From Campylobacterota bacterium (lineage in GTDB: Bacteria; Campylobacterota; Campylobacteria; Campylobacterales; Sulfurimonadaceae), in the NCBI GenBank assembly GCA_034717975.1, contig JAYEMF010000115.1:1-10012 (forward strand): a stretch of DNA of 10,012 nucleotides, given 5' to 3'. Under the pieces are notes generated by a model that was given only the letters and a program-made list of their open reading frames with translations, was not told the origin of the DNA and searched no databases. The translations under genes and the position numbers were made by a program. Positions 1-8,473 of this stretch are shown here, piece after piece (within the stretch, counting starts at the first letter, position 1; each line of letters starts with the position of its first letter).

Positions 1-126
1 CCTAAAATCTCTTGCACCCAAGGGCAGGCTTCGCACATTTACCTATGGGTAGTCCTTCAAGATTTTAAAACGAAATCTTGCACCTTCTTTGCCCTCTGAT
101 GATATCCAGGGTTTTTAGAGGTGCCC
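1..126. mobile_element. Probable right part of a MITE-like or IS-end-derived intergenic repeat (left end outside window)
   Basis: Ends in GGGTTTTTAGAGGTGCCC (109-126) followed by TAA. From memory this resembles IS terminal inverted repeats of the GGGCACCTCTAAAAA type; not verified. Contains a perfect 8-bp inverted repeat CAAGATTT/AAATCTTG (58-65/73-80), AGGGCA/TGCCCT (21-26/90-95) and a near-direct repeat AAATC(TC)TTGCACC (5-18, 73-84). The partner TIR is not visible. Confidence 0.5.
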
Positions 127-152
127 TAAAGTCAATCAGGGCAACACAGACA

Positions 153-1088
153 CTATTTTTTATCAAGCAGTGCCAAAGCCCCTTTATAGATAGGTTCGTC
201 GATGAATCCATACTCCTCATCGACAAAACCGGTAATCCCCATCTCACGATTCATCTCAAAGAGTTTGACAATCACATGCGCACGTTCAAGTTCTGCCACT
301 TCATCGACAAATATCTCATGTACAGCAGTGACCTGTGAAGGCGAAATACACCCTTTCGCAGTAAATCCCATACGCTTTTCAAGCTCCAGCCATACATAAA
401 AAGCATCCATATTTTTAAAATCCTGATAGACAAAAGAGACCGGTTTGACGCTGATCGCCTTGGTTGTAATAAGAAAATGTGAAAGCATATACTGCATAGT
501 CGGGTTATCCGGTGTGATGAGAGACTGCGGCAGGCGCATATCGGCAAAAAGATCCAAAATCCCGAGATAATAGGTCGTCACACGTTTATCGATGGCAAGG
601 TGATTCAGGTTATCCCATGCCCCTTTTGTCTCAATGGAGAGGTGCAGCTCCGTCTCTTCATCGAGCAGGGCCAGTACTGCTTTGACTTCGTCGGGAGTGC
701 GTATTTTTGGGACACGGATAGCATCGGGATGAAACTGATTGAGGTAGGTGATCTCATCAAAACCGCCCTCATTGAGCGCATTTACCCGGACAACGAGCTT
801 TTTTTCACACTCTCTGAGCTCAGACAGAAAAATAGCCGTCAAGGCAAGGGCAAACGGTTTCTCTTGTTTACTTACCCCATCTTCGAGGTTGATCATGACA
901 CAGTCAGCTTCAAGGGACTCGATTTTAAGCAGATGCCTGAGATTATGGGCGGAGAGCATTAGTGCGCTGCGAAAGTCACTTTTTTTATTACGTGTGCGAT
1001 AGGTTGGTCTGGCTAAGCGATCCAGGGCCGGGAGGTCACGCTGAGCCAACGCATTCTCTATCGCTTCAATCTTGCTTTTTGTCATCAT
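153..1088 (-). CDS. HpcH/HpaI aldolase / citrate lyase beta (CitE-like) family protein, ~311 aa
   Basis: CitE-type motifs RSALM, ADCVMINLEDGV, VVRVN, IRVPK, SIETKG, LGILDLFADM, KGCISPSQV and C-terminal FIDEP. Start moved from GTG 1139 to ATG 1088 (or 1085), which follows AAGAGA and reduces overlap with the cytochrome gene. Confidence 0.85.
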   Translation of the reverse strand: MMTKSKIEAIENALAQRDLPALDRLARPTYRTRNKKSDFRSALMLSAHNLRHLLKIESLEADCVMINLEDGVSKQEKPFALALTAIFLSELRECEKKLVVRVNALNEGGFDEITYLNQFHPDAIRVPKIRTPDEVKAVLALLDEETELHLSIETKGAWDNLNHLAIDKRVTTYYLGILDLFADMRLPQSLITPDNPTMQYMLSHFLITTKAISVKPVSFVYQDFKNMDAFYVWLELEKRMGFTAKGCISPSQVTAVHEIFVDEVAELERAHVIVKLFEMNREMGITGFVDEEYGFIDEPIYKGALALLDKK

Positions 1089-1422
1089 CGGGTCTCTTAT
1101 TTTTGAACTGCAGATAGTAATAGAGGGCTTTGACTTCACTCTTTGTCAGAAAGTAACGCGGCATACCGCGGACCCGGCCGTTGAGAGCCTCTGAAAATCG
1201 ATCGAAATCCATATCTTTAATAGCCGATCCGGAAAAAGATTTAGCCTCTTTTTTATCTTCATATTTGGCGATCAGCTTCCCTTCGCCCGATTCACCGTGG
1301 CAAAGATGACATCCGATCCCTCGTGGACTATGAAAAAGCTGTCTGGCATACTCCTCTTTGGTAATAAACGACTCTGCCGAGTGTAGAGAGATAACGAGAA
1401 GAGCCAACAGCCAAAACTTCAT
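1066..1422 (-). CDS. Periplasmic monoheme c-type cytochrome, ~118 aa
   Basis: Sec-type signal MKFWLLALLVISLHSA, a single CxxCH (CHLCH), and a likely distal Met in GMP. Start ATG 1422 is preceded by AAGGTG. Confidence 0.88.
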   Translation of the reverse strand: MKFWLLALLVISLHSAESFITKEEYARQLFHSPRGIGCHLCHGESGEGKLIAKYEDKKEAKSFSGSAIKDMDFDRFSEALNGRVRGMPRYFLTKSEVKALYYYLQFKNKRPDDDKKQD

Positions 1423-1508
1423 CCAAAAGCACCTTATAATCAATTTATCGGTATATTAACGAAATTTAAATTACGGACACCATTGGTACCGTTTTTATGG
1501 GTGAATAT
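1423..1508. promoter_or_regulatory. Divergent promoter region (cytochrome c / folD)
   Basis: AT-rich 86-bp gap between divergent starts. Plus-strand -10-like TATAAT (1435-1440) and ggTATATT (1452-1457); minus-strand gaTAAATT (1448-1443). Which sites are used cannot be determined from sequence. Confidence 0.55.
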
Positions 1509-2366
1509 ATGCAAATTCTCGATGGTAAAGCCCTCGCTAAAAAGATTGAAGACAGAGTCGCGGCTGATGTTAAACAGCTCAAACAAGAGACCAGCCGTGT
1601 TCCGGGCTTGGCCGTAATTCTTGTCGGAGGAGATCCGGCAAGCCACGCCTATGTCGGTATGAAGAAAAAGGCATGTGACCGTGTAAGTTTTTACTCTGTC
1701 ACGCATGAGATGCCGGAAGATATTTCACAAGAGGCGATTGAAAACACGATCTCCATGATGAACAGCAATCCTAACATTGACGGAATCCTTATCCAGCTGC
1801 CGCTTCCTCCTCAGATCGATACTACCAAACTTCTTGAACTGGTTGCGCCCAACAAAGATGTCGACGGCTTCCATCCCTACAATGTAGGACGATTAACAAC
1901 TGGTCTAGATGGCTTCGTCCCGTGTACGCCGTTAGGAGTGATGGAGCTTCTTGCCGAGTACAACATTAATGTTCAAGGGAAAAATGCTGTGGTTGTCGGT
2001 GCATCGAACATTGTCGGTAAACCGATGGCAGCGCTGCTCCTCAATGCCAATGCTACGGTAGAGGTCACACACATCTACACCGACGATCTCAAACGCCATA
2101 CGCTAAATGCCGACATCGTCCTTGTCGGTGCCGGTGTCATCAACCTGATTACCGAAGATATGGTCAAAGAGGGAGCCATCATCATCGATATCGGCATCAA
2201 CCGTGCCGATAACGGTAAACTGGTCGGTGATGTCGACTATGAGAACGTCGCACCAAAAAGTTCCTACATCACCCCTGTTCCCGGCGGCGTCGGTCCCATG
2301 ACGATCGCCATGCTGTTAAGCAATACCCTAAAGGCTGCCCAAGCCCATGCCAAAGAGAGTGAATGA
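1509..2366 (+). CDS. folD: Bifunctional methylenetetrahydrofolate dehydrogenase/cyclohydrolase
   Basis: MQILDGK start, PGLAVILVG, YVGMK, DGILIQLPLP, KDVDGFHP, PCTP, GASNIVGKP, ITPVPGGVGPMT. ATG 1509 has a GGGTGA SD-like site upstream; alternative ATG at 1497. Confidence 0.98.
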   Translation: MQILDGKALAKKIEDRVAADVKQLKQETSRVPGLAVILVGGDPASHAYVGMKKKACDRVSFYSVTHEMPEDISQEAIENTISMMNSNPNIDGILIQLPLPPQIDTTKLLELVAPNKDVDGFHPYNVGRLTTGLDGFVPCTPLGVMELLAEYNINVQGKNAVVVGASNIVGKPMAALLLNANATVEVTHIYTDDLKRHTLNADIVLVGAGVINLITEDMVKEGAIIIDIGINRADNGKLVGDVDYENVAPKSSYITPVPGGVGPMTIAMLLSNTLKAAQAHAKESE

Positions 2367-3181
2367 AAGAGAAGTCAATAAAGTTTGCCAAACACGCCTA
2401 TAGATTTTCCAACACCTGGCCCGGAACGATCATCATCGTCTTGATGATAATCTTTTTTGTTGCTCAGGCGTTTCGAATACCAAGCGGTTCCATGAAAGAT
2501 TCGCTGCTTATCGGTGATCATCTTTTTGCCAAAAAGTTCGCCTACGGCATAGCTACGCCGCACCTGCCATTTCTTGAGATACCGCTTGTACCGGGTACCG
2601 ATGGCCACATCATTGACGGAGATAAGCCAGAGCGCGGCGATATCGTCATCTTCCGCTATCCGAACAACCACAAGCTTCACTATGTCAAGCGCTGTGTTGC
2701 CGTAGAGGGCGATGAGCTCTTTCTTATAGATAAATCACTCTACCTGCACCCGCATCAGGGGAACGACTACATCAAGGCCAACTACCCCGAATCAAGCATC
2801 ATTGTCTTTGCCGGAAAGCTTTGGATAAAAGACCCTTATATGAAAGATCACCCCGGTATCCACCATGATCCCAAGATCATAGATGACGGCAGAAATCCAC
2901 AGCCTATCTTCAATCTCCCGGTTATCCGTGTACCGGAGAATGAATTTTTCATGATGGGAGACAACCGTGACCACTCCAACGACAGTCGTTTCTGGGGATC
3001 TGTGCCTTACGGTCTTGTCGAGGGTACGCCATGGTTCATCTACTTCAGTATGGATGACAACTACGAAATCCGCTGGGACCGCATGTTCAAGACACCGAGC
3101 GACCTTGAGGAAAAAGAGTATCTTGACCGCGCTGTTGCCGAACGCCTGAGAACCGATAAAGAAGATTATGGACTCTATTGA
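2363..3181 (+). CDS. lepB: Signal peptidase I
   Basis: N-terminal TM segment, catalytic Ser in IPSGSM, Lys in YVKRC, box E GDNRDHSNDSRFWG. ATGA overlap with folD. Confidence 0.97.
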   Translation: MKEKSIKFAKHAYRFSNTWPGTIIIVLMIIFFVAQAFRIPSGSMKDSLLIGDHLFAKKFAYGIATPHLPFLEIPLVPGTDGHIIDGDKPERGDIVIFRYPNNHKLHYVKRCVAVEGDELFLIDKSLYLHPHQGNDYIKANYPESSIIVFAGKLWIKDPYMKDHPGIHHDPKIIDDGRNPQPIFNLPVIRVPENEFFMMGDNRDHSNDSRFWGSVPYGLVEGTPWFIYFSMDDNYEIRWDRMFKTPSDLEEKEYLDRAVAERLRTDKEDYGLY

Positions 3182-3851
3182 TATCATCAAGATCATCGCT
3201 GCTGTCCTGGCGCTGATCGTAGCTATTGTCGGTCATGAGATCATGCACGGCTGGGTAGCTTACAAGTATGGCGACCACACCGCTAAAAGTGCCGGCCGCC
3301 TCTCTATCAACCCGATCATCCACGTCGATCTTTTCGGTACCATCCTTGTTCCCCTGATGACCTATTTTCTACCTGTTCTCATGGGAGCTGAAAGCGGTTT
3401 TCTTTTTGGATGGGCGAAGCCGGTACCGGTCAATATGCAGACCGTTGTTCAAAATGGCGGCTATAACGCGGCAATGCAGGTCGATCTTGCAGGCATAGTC
3501 TACAACTTCACTCTGGCCGCTGTCACGGCTTCACTGCTGCTTGTGATGAGTGAACCGACAGCAGCAAGTGGCTTTGTAGAGATTCTCTTTTTTATCTTTT
3601 TGATCAAGCTCCTGCTTATCAATGTCGTACTGGGGGTTTTCAACCTGCTGCCGATCCCTCAGTTTGACGGTGCACATTTCATCATGCATCTGAGCATGAA
3701 GCTCCGCCTGAATGAAATTGCCAATTTCTTTTACAGACTTGAACAGCGTGGCTATGGTATGATTATAGTAATTATAATTTTGGTCACACCGATTAAAGAT
3801 TATGTACTTATCATGCCGGTACAGATGATACTGAACCTACTTCTTAATTAA
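3168..3851 (+). CDS. Site-2 protease family (M50) membrane zinc metalloprotease
   Basis: HEIMH (HExxH) and FNLLPIPQFDG (NxxPxxxxDG) motifs, GWAKPVPV, several hydrophobic segments. Confidence 0.95.
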   Translation: MDSIDIIKIIAAVLALIVAIVGHEIMHGWVAYKYGDHTAKSAGRLSINPIIHVDLFGTILVPLMTYFLPVLMGAESGFLFGWAKPVPVNMQTVVQNGGYNAAMQVDLAGIVYNFTLAAVTASLLLVMSEPTAASGFVEILFFIFLIKLLLINVVLGVFNLLPIPQFDGAHFIMHLSMKLRLNEIANFFYRLEQRGYGMIIVIIILVTPIKDYVLIMPVQMILNLLLN

Positions 3852-3859
3852 GGAAATCT

Positions 3860-4297
3860 ATGAAATTTTTTGTTGCTACAGATCATGCAGGCATCGATCT
3901 CAAAAATGCAACGGTTGAAATGCTGCGTGAGAAAGGTCATGAGGTTGAAGATCTCGGGCCGTTTAGCAAAGATCGTGTTGATTACCCCGATTATGCTGTC
4001 AAAGTATGCGAAAGCGTTCTGGACAATCCAGGTACGCAGGGGATCCTTATCTGTGGTTCCGGCATCGGTATGAGTATGTCTGCAAACCGTTTTCACGGTA
4101 TCCGCGCGGCACTCTGTCATGATGCCTATACCGCCCGGATGGCACGTGCACATAACGATGCGAATGTCCTCTGCTTTGGCGAGCGCATTGTCGGCCTTGG
4201 TGTCGCCGAGTCGATCATCGATGCCTGGCTGGCCGGGACTTTTGAGGGTGGCCGTCACTGCGGTCGTGTCGAAAAGATCGAAGCCATAAAAGGATAA
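3860..4297 (+). CDS. rpiB: Ribose-5-phosphate isomerase B
   Basis: DHAG, DYPD, CGSGIGM, HNDANVL, FEGGRH motifs; AAGGA SD upstream. Confidence 0.97.
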   Translation: MKFFVATDHAGIDLKNATVEMLREKGHEVEDLGPFSKDRVDYPDYAVKVCESVLDNPGTQGILICGSGIGMSMSANRFHGIRAALCHDAYTARMARAHNDANVLCFGERIVGLGVAESIIDAWLAGTFEGGRHCGRVEKIEAIKG

Positions 4298-4300
4298 ACC

Positions 4301-4633
4301 ATGTTTTTTGAGTGGTCACTGCTAACGATCGTCTCACTGATCGCCATCTTTTTGTTTGTCAAGATGTTCTACTTTCAGAGTATTACGACAAAAGAGCAGC
4401 GCAGTAACGAACTGATGAAGATGACGCTGCAAGAGGCAGAGGTTCTCATCCGGAAGTACCAGATCCAACTGCAGCGTTCACTCGGAAACATCGATATTCT
4501 GAGTGATGAACTAAACAAGCTTCGTGCAGAACTGAAATCACTTAAATCGCGTGGTTCTCAACACCGTTTTGAGACCGAACAGCTAAACAATAAAATCAAA
4601 GAACTCGAAGGCCGTATCGACGCCCTTCTCTAA
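4301..4633 (+). CDS. Hypothetical membrane-anchored coiled-coil protein
   Basis: 110 aa: one N-terminal hydrophobic helix, then a heptad-like E/K/L/Q-rich region. AAGGA SD upstream. Sits between rpiB and apt, where Campylobacter and Helicobacter also have a small unknown membrane protein (from recall). Confidence 0.85.
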   Translation: MFFEWSLLTIVSLIAIFLFVKMFYFQSITTKEQRSNELMKMTLQEAEVLIRKYQIQLQRSLGNIDILSDELNKLRAELKSLKSRGSQHRFETEQLNNKIKELEGRIDALL

Positions 4634-4642
4634 TGGATAACT

Positions 4643-5191
4643 ATGACACTGACTGATCAAGAAAAAATCACTATTAATAATGCTATTCGCGAAATTCCCG
4701 ACTTTCCCGAACCAGGCATTGTTTTCAAAGACATCACCACACTCCTCAACGATAAAGAGGCTTTCAAGGTACTGATGGATCACCTCTATAAACGTTACAA
4801 AAGCTATAACCTGGATTTTATTGCCGGCATCGATGCCCGCGGATTTATTTTCGGTGCTGCTTTGGCACAGATGCTAGGCATTGGCTTTGTCCCGATCCGT
4901 AAAAAAGGGAAACTTCCCTGTGCAACATTCTCGGAAAAGTATGCCCTGGAGTATGGCGAAGATGAAGTAGAGATGCATGTTGATGCCTTCCGTGGTATAG
5001 AGAATGCAAAAGTCCTCCTTATGGATGATCTTATTGCGACAGGCGGCACAGCCTATGCAGCAGCCAACCTGATCGATAAGTCCGGCGGTCATTGTGTCGA
5101 GGCCTGCTTTATCCTTGGTCTGAACTTTCTGGACGGTCAGAAGAAGATTGAAACAGTTGCTGACGTTTACACTGTTGTAGGAATTGACTGA
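4643..5191 (+). CDS. apt: Adenine phosphoribosyltransferase
   Basis: [39 protein letters not shown]-binding [11 protein letters not shown]. Confidence 0.98.
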   Translation: MTLTDQEKITINNAIREIPDFPEPGIVFKDITTLLNDKEAFKVLMDHLYKRYKSYNLDFIAGIDARGFIFGAALAQMLGIGFVPIRKKGKLPCATFSEKYALEYGEDEVEMHVDAFRGIENAKVLLMDDLIATGGTAYAAANLIDKSGGHCVEACFILGLNFLDGQKKIETVADVYTVVGID

Positions 5192-6390
5192 TGTATATTC
5201 CTGAAGCTTCCAAATACGATCCAAACGAGAACGGCCACTTCGATATTTTCGGCGGCCGCTATGTTCCAGAAACCCTTATGCCTGTTCTTTTGAAACTTAA
5301 TGAAGAGTATAAAGAGATCCGCTTTGATGAAAGTTTCTGGAAAGAGGTCCACTACTATCTCAAGGATTATGTAGGACGCCCTTCTCCACTCTATTTTGCT
5401 GAAAATATCTCCAATGAACTGGGTGCAAAGGTCTATTTCAAGCGTGAGGACCTGAACCACACCGGTGCACACAAAGTAAACAATGTCATTGCACAGGGCT
5501 TGATTGCCAAACGCCTTGGGAAAAAGAAAGTCATTGCCGAAACGGGTGCAGGTCAGCATGGGGTTGCAACAGCAACCATCTCTGCCCTGCTCGGTCTTGA
5601 GTGTGAGATCTTTATGGGTGCCAAAGATGTAGAACGACAGGAACTCAACGTTTTTCGTATGAAACTGCTTGGTGCCAAAGTCCATTCTGTCGAAAGCGGC
5701 AGTCGGACACTCAAAGATGCAATGAATGAGGCTATCCGTCACTGGGTGACCAATGCGCGTGACACTTACTACGTAATAGGTACCGCTGCCGGTCCTCACC
5801 CCTACCCGACGATGGTACGTGACTTTCAGGCTATCATAGGCTGGGAAGCACGTCGGCAGATCCTGGAAAAAGAGAATCGCCTTCCCGATCAGGTCATTGC
5901 CTGTATCGGCGGCGGTTCCAATGCCATCGGCATGTTCCAGCACTTCCTCGAAGACAAAGAGGTTGAGTGCATCGGTATCGAAGCCGGTGGTTTGGGACTT
6001 GAGACCGATAAGCATGGTGCTTCACTCGAGAAAGGACGACCGGGTGTTCTGCATGGCCAGATGAGCTACCTGCTGCAGGATGATGACGGCCAGGTCCTCG
6101 AAGCGCACTCCATCTCTGCGGGACTCGACTACCCGGGTATCGGTCCGGAACATGCCTTTCACAAAGAGAACAGGTCCGTCAGCTACGACTCGATTACCGA
6201 CCAGGAAGCACTGGATGCGTTTGTCTGGCTCTCTCAGCGTGAGGGAATCATTCCCGCATTTGAGAGCTCCCATGCCGTGGCCTATCTGAAAAAGATCAAA
6301 GATATTGAAGGTAAACTTATTGTCGTCAACCTCTCCGGTCGTGGAGACAAAGATATGATCCAGGCTAAAGACCTGCTTCATTTCGATTAA
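5191..6390 (+). CDS. trpB: Tryptophan synthase beta chain (TrpB1 type)
   Basis: [25 protein letters not shown] (PLP lysine), [44 protein letters not shown] overlap with apt. Confidence 0.98.
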   Translation: MYIPEASKYDPNENGHFDIFGGRYVPETLMPVLLKLNEEYKEIRFDESFWKEVHYYLKDYVGRPSPLYFAENISNELGAKVYFKREDLNHTGAHKVNNVIAQGLIAKRLGKKKVIAETGAGQHGVATATISALLGLECEIFMGAKDVERQELNVFRMKLLGAKVHSVESGSRTLKDAMNEAIRHWVTNARDTYYVIGTAAGPHPYPTMVRDFQAIIGWEARRQILEKENRLPDQVIACIGGGSNAIGMFQHFLEDKEVECIGIEAGGLGLETDKHGASLEKGRPGVLHGQMSYLLQDDDGQVLEAHSISAGLDYPGIGPEHAFHKENRSVSYDSITDQEALDAFVWLSQREGIIPAFESSHAVAYLKKIKDIEGKLIVVNLSGRGDKDMIQAKDLLHFD

Positions 6391-6401
6391 GAAAGAGAGA
6401 T

Positions 6402-7016
6402 ATGGAAGAGTTTTTTCTCGAACTGATAAAGGAATATGGCTACATCATTCTCTTTGCCTGGAGTATTCTAGAGGGGGAGATGGGCCTCATCATGGGTGGT
6501 ATCATGAGCCATACCGGTGATATGAACGTCTACATGGCTATTTTTATTGCCGGTCTAGGCGGTTTCGTAGGTGATCAGATATATTTCTACATCGGACGCT
6601 TCAACAAGGGATACATCCATCGTAAACTGCATACGCAGCGGCGCAAATTTGCGATTGCCCACCTGTTGCTGAAAAAATATGGCTGGCCTATCATCTTTGT
6701 TCAACGCTATATGTATGGACTGCGCACCGTTATCCCCATGAGTATCGGTATCACAAAATACTCGGGAAAAAAATTTGCTTTTATTAACCTGATCAGTGCC
6801 TGGGTCTGGGCTGCGATCACCATTATCCCCGCCTATCTGCTGGGTGAAGAGATATTAGAAGCCCTTGCCTGGGCAAAAGCGCACTGGTATTTTGCATTGC
6901 CGATAGCCGGTGCTTTTTTATACGGAGTCTTTACCTATTTCAGCAGGCTGGAAAAACAACTATTGGAGAAAAAACATGCACGTCAAACTGCTCGACAAAC
7001 CCCTTCTGGAGATTGA
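6402..7016 (+). CDS. DedA family membrane protein
   Basis: YGY..LF..SILEGE, GGFVGDQIYFYIGR, FVQRYMYGLRTVIP, FAFINLISA..W pattern of the DedA/SNARE-associated domain. Confidence 0.93.
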   Translation: MEEFFLELIKEYGYIILFAWSILEGEMGLIMGGIMSHTGDMNVYMAIFIAGLGGFVGDQIYFYIGRFNKGYIHRKLHTQRRKFAIAHLLLKKYGWPIIFVQRYMYGLRTVIPMSIGITKYSGKKFAFINLISAWVWAAITIIPAYLLGEEILEALAWAKAHWYFALPIAGAFLYGVFTYFSRLEKQLLEKKHARQTARQTPSGD

Positions 7017-8412
7017 TGCCGAACTGACCATCACCTTCTTGACCCCTGATGCCCTCGAAGAGCATGCAAGTGCCAAACTGCTCAAGCTTGCCGGTTTTAA
7101 AGCCGATCAGGATCAGATCTGTACCCTGCATGAGCAGGCCCTTCTGGTTTGTGGTATTGAAAAGTATGGCAGTGACCATCTTCGCTGCGCTGCTGCAGCT
7201 GTGGCAAAAGCCCTCAGCAGTTTCCAGTACAAAAGTGCCAAAGTCCTGCAGTACTTTCTCAAATGTACCGAACCGATGACCGAAGGTTTTCTTCTAGGTT
7301 CTTACGCCTTCACTGACTACAAATCAGACTCTAAAACGCCACGCTTCGAGACGATATGTTTTTCAACTGAGAACTTTGATGGTGAGATGCTCGAAAGCAG
7401 TGAAGTCGAAGAAGCACTCAACAACGCTGTCATCATTGCAACAGCAACCAACTTTACCCGAGACCTGGTCAACACCACGCCTCAGGACATGACCCCTGAG
7501 CAGCTGGGCTTTGTTGCCAGGGAACTGGCAGAAAACAATGCCATGGAGTGTACTGTTCTCAATGAATACGGCCTTGAAAAAGAGAAGATGAACGCTATGT
7601 TGAGTGTTGGACGTGCTTCTATTCACAAGCCACGCCTTATCCATGTTGCCTATAAACCTGAAAATCCCAAACAGACTGTTTCGCTTGTGGGGAAAGGTCT
7701 CACCTATGACAGTGGCGGCCTAAGCATAAAACCTGCCACTTCCATGGTCACGATGAAAATGGATAAAGCCGGAGCCTGTGCCGTTTTAGGGATGATGAAA
7801 GCCGTAAGTGAACTAAAACTCCCGATCGAAGTTCATGGCTTTATCGGTGCGGCAGAAAACATGATCGACGGCAGTGCCTATAAGCCCGATGATGTCTTGA
7901 CAGCCAGAAACGGCAAGACCATCGAAGTACGCAACACGGATGCAGAGGGGCGCCTTGTTCTTGCCGATGTGCTTTGCTATGCACAGGACACGGTAGATGC
8001 TGACTATATCTTTGATTTTGCAACCCTTACCGGTGCCTGCATGGTAGCACTTGGACCATATACGACCGGTATGATGGGTAACAATAATCATCTCAAACAC
8101 ACCTTTCAAAAAGGTGCTTCAAAAAGTGGTGAGCTGATCGGCTCCCTGCCGTTTAACGATCATCTGAAAAAACTGATCAAAAGCGAGATCGCCGATATCT
8201 GCAATATCGGTTCAAAACCTTACGGCGGTGCCATTACAGCGGCACTTTTCCTCGATAACTTCATAACAGACGAGATGAAGAAGAAGTGGCTGCACTTTGA
8301 CATTGCCGGACCGGCCTATACCGAAAGCCCATGGGATTGCAACCCGCACGGCGGAACCGGTGCCGGTGTACGCATGACAACACGATTTCTACAGAGTTTG
8401 GCAGAAAAGTAG
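6976..8412 (+). CDS. pepA: Leucyl aminopeptidase (M17), ~478 aa
   Basis: GKGLTYDSGG, MKMDKAG, AAENM, NTDAEGRL, ATLTGA, HFDIAG. Start moved to ATG 6976, with GGAG at 6965-6968. Confidence 0.97.
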   Translation: MHVKLLDKPLLEIDAELTITFLTPDALEEHASAKLLKLAGFKADQDQICTLHEQALLVCGIEKYGSDHLRCAAAAVAKALSSFQYKSAKVLQYFLKCTEPMTEGFLLGSYAFTDYKSDSKTPRFETICFSTENFDGEMLESSEVEEALNNAVIIATATNFTRDLVNTTPQDMTPEQLGFVARELAENNAMECTVLNEYGLEKEKMNAMLSVGRASIHKPRLIHVAYKPENPKQTVSLVGKGLTYDSGGLSIKPATSMVTMKMDKAGACAVLGMMKAVSELKLPIEVHGFIGAAENMIDGSAYKPDDVLTARNGKTIEVRNTDAEGRLVLADVLCYAQDTVDADYIFDFATLTGACMVALGPYTTGMMGNNNHLKHTFQKGASKSGELIGSLPFNDHLKKLIKSEIADICNIGSKPYGGAITAALFLDNFITDEMKKKWLHFDIAGPAYTESPWDCNPHGGTGAGVRMTTRFLQSLAEK

Positions 8413-8473
8413 ATAGATCGGCAGCAGTTCACAGCCTGATGCAAAAACTGCTAAGTACTGACAGGAGAATAAG

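Noticed and set aside
1..99. Open plus-strand frame PKISCTQGQASHIYLWVVLQDFKTKSCTFFAL-stop as a possible transposase C-terminus
   Set aside because: No recognisable transposase features, and it runs through repeat structure. It cannot be fully excluded without upstream sequence.
5167..6015. 282-aa minus-strand ORF
   Set aside because: Antisense shadow of the highly conserved trpB; no recognisable motifs.
6910..6975. Longer N-termini from the ORF track (pepA 6910; likewise 1139 and 1443)
   Set aside because: Downstream ATGs have SD-like sites, family-typical N-termini and smaller overlaps.
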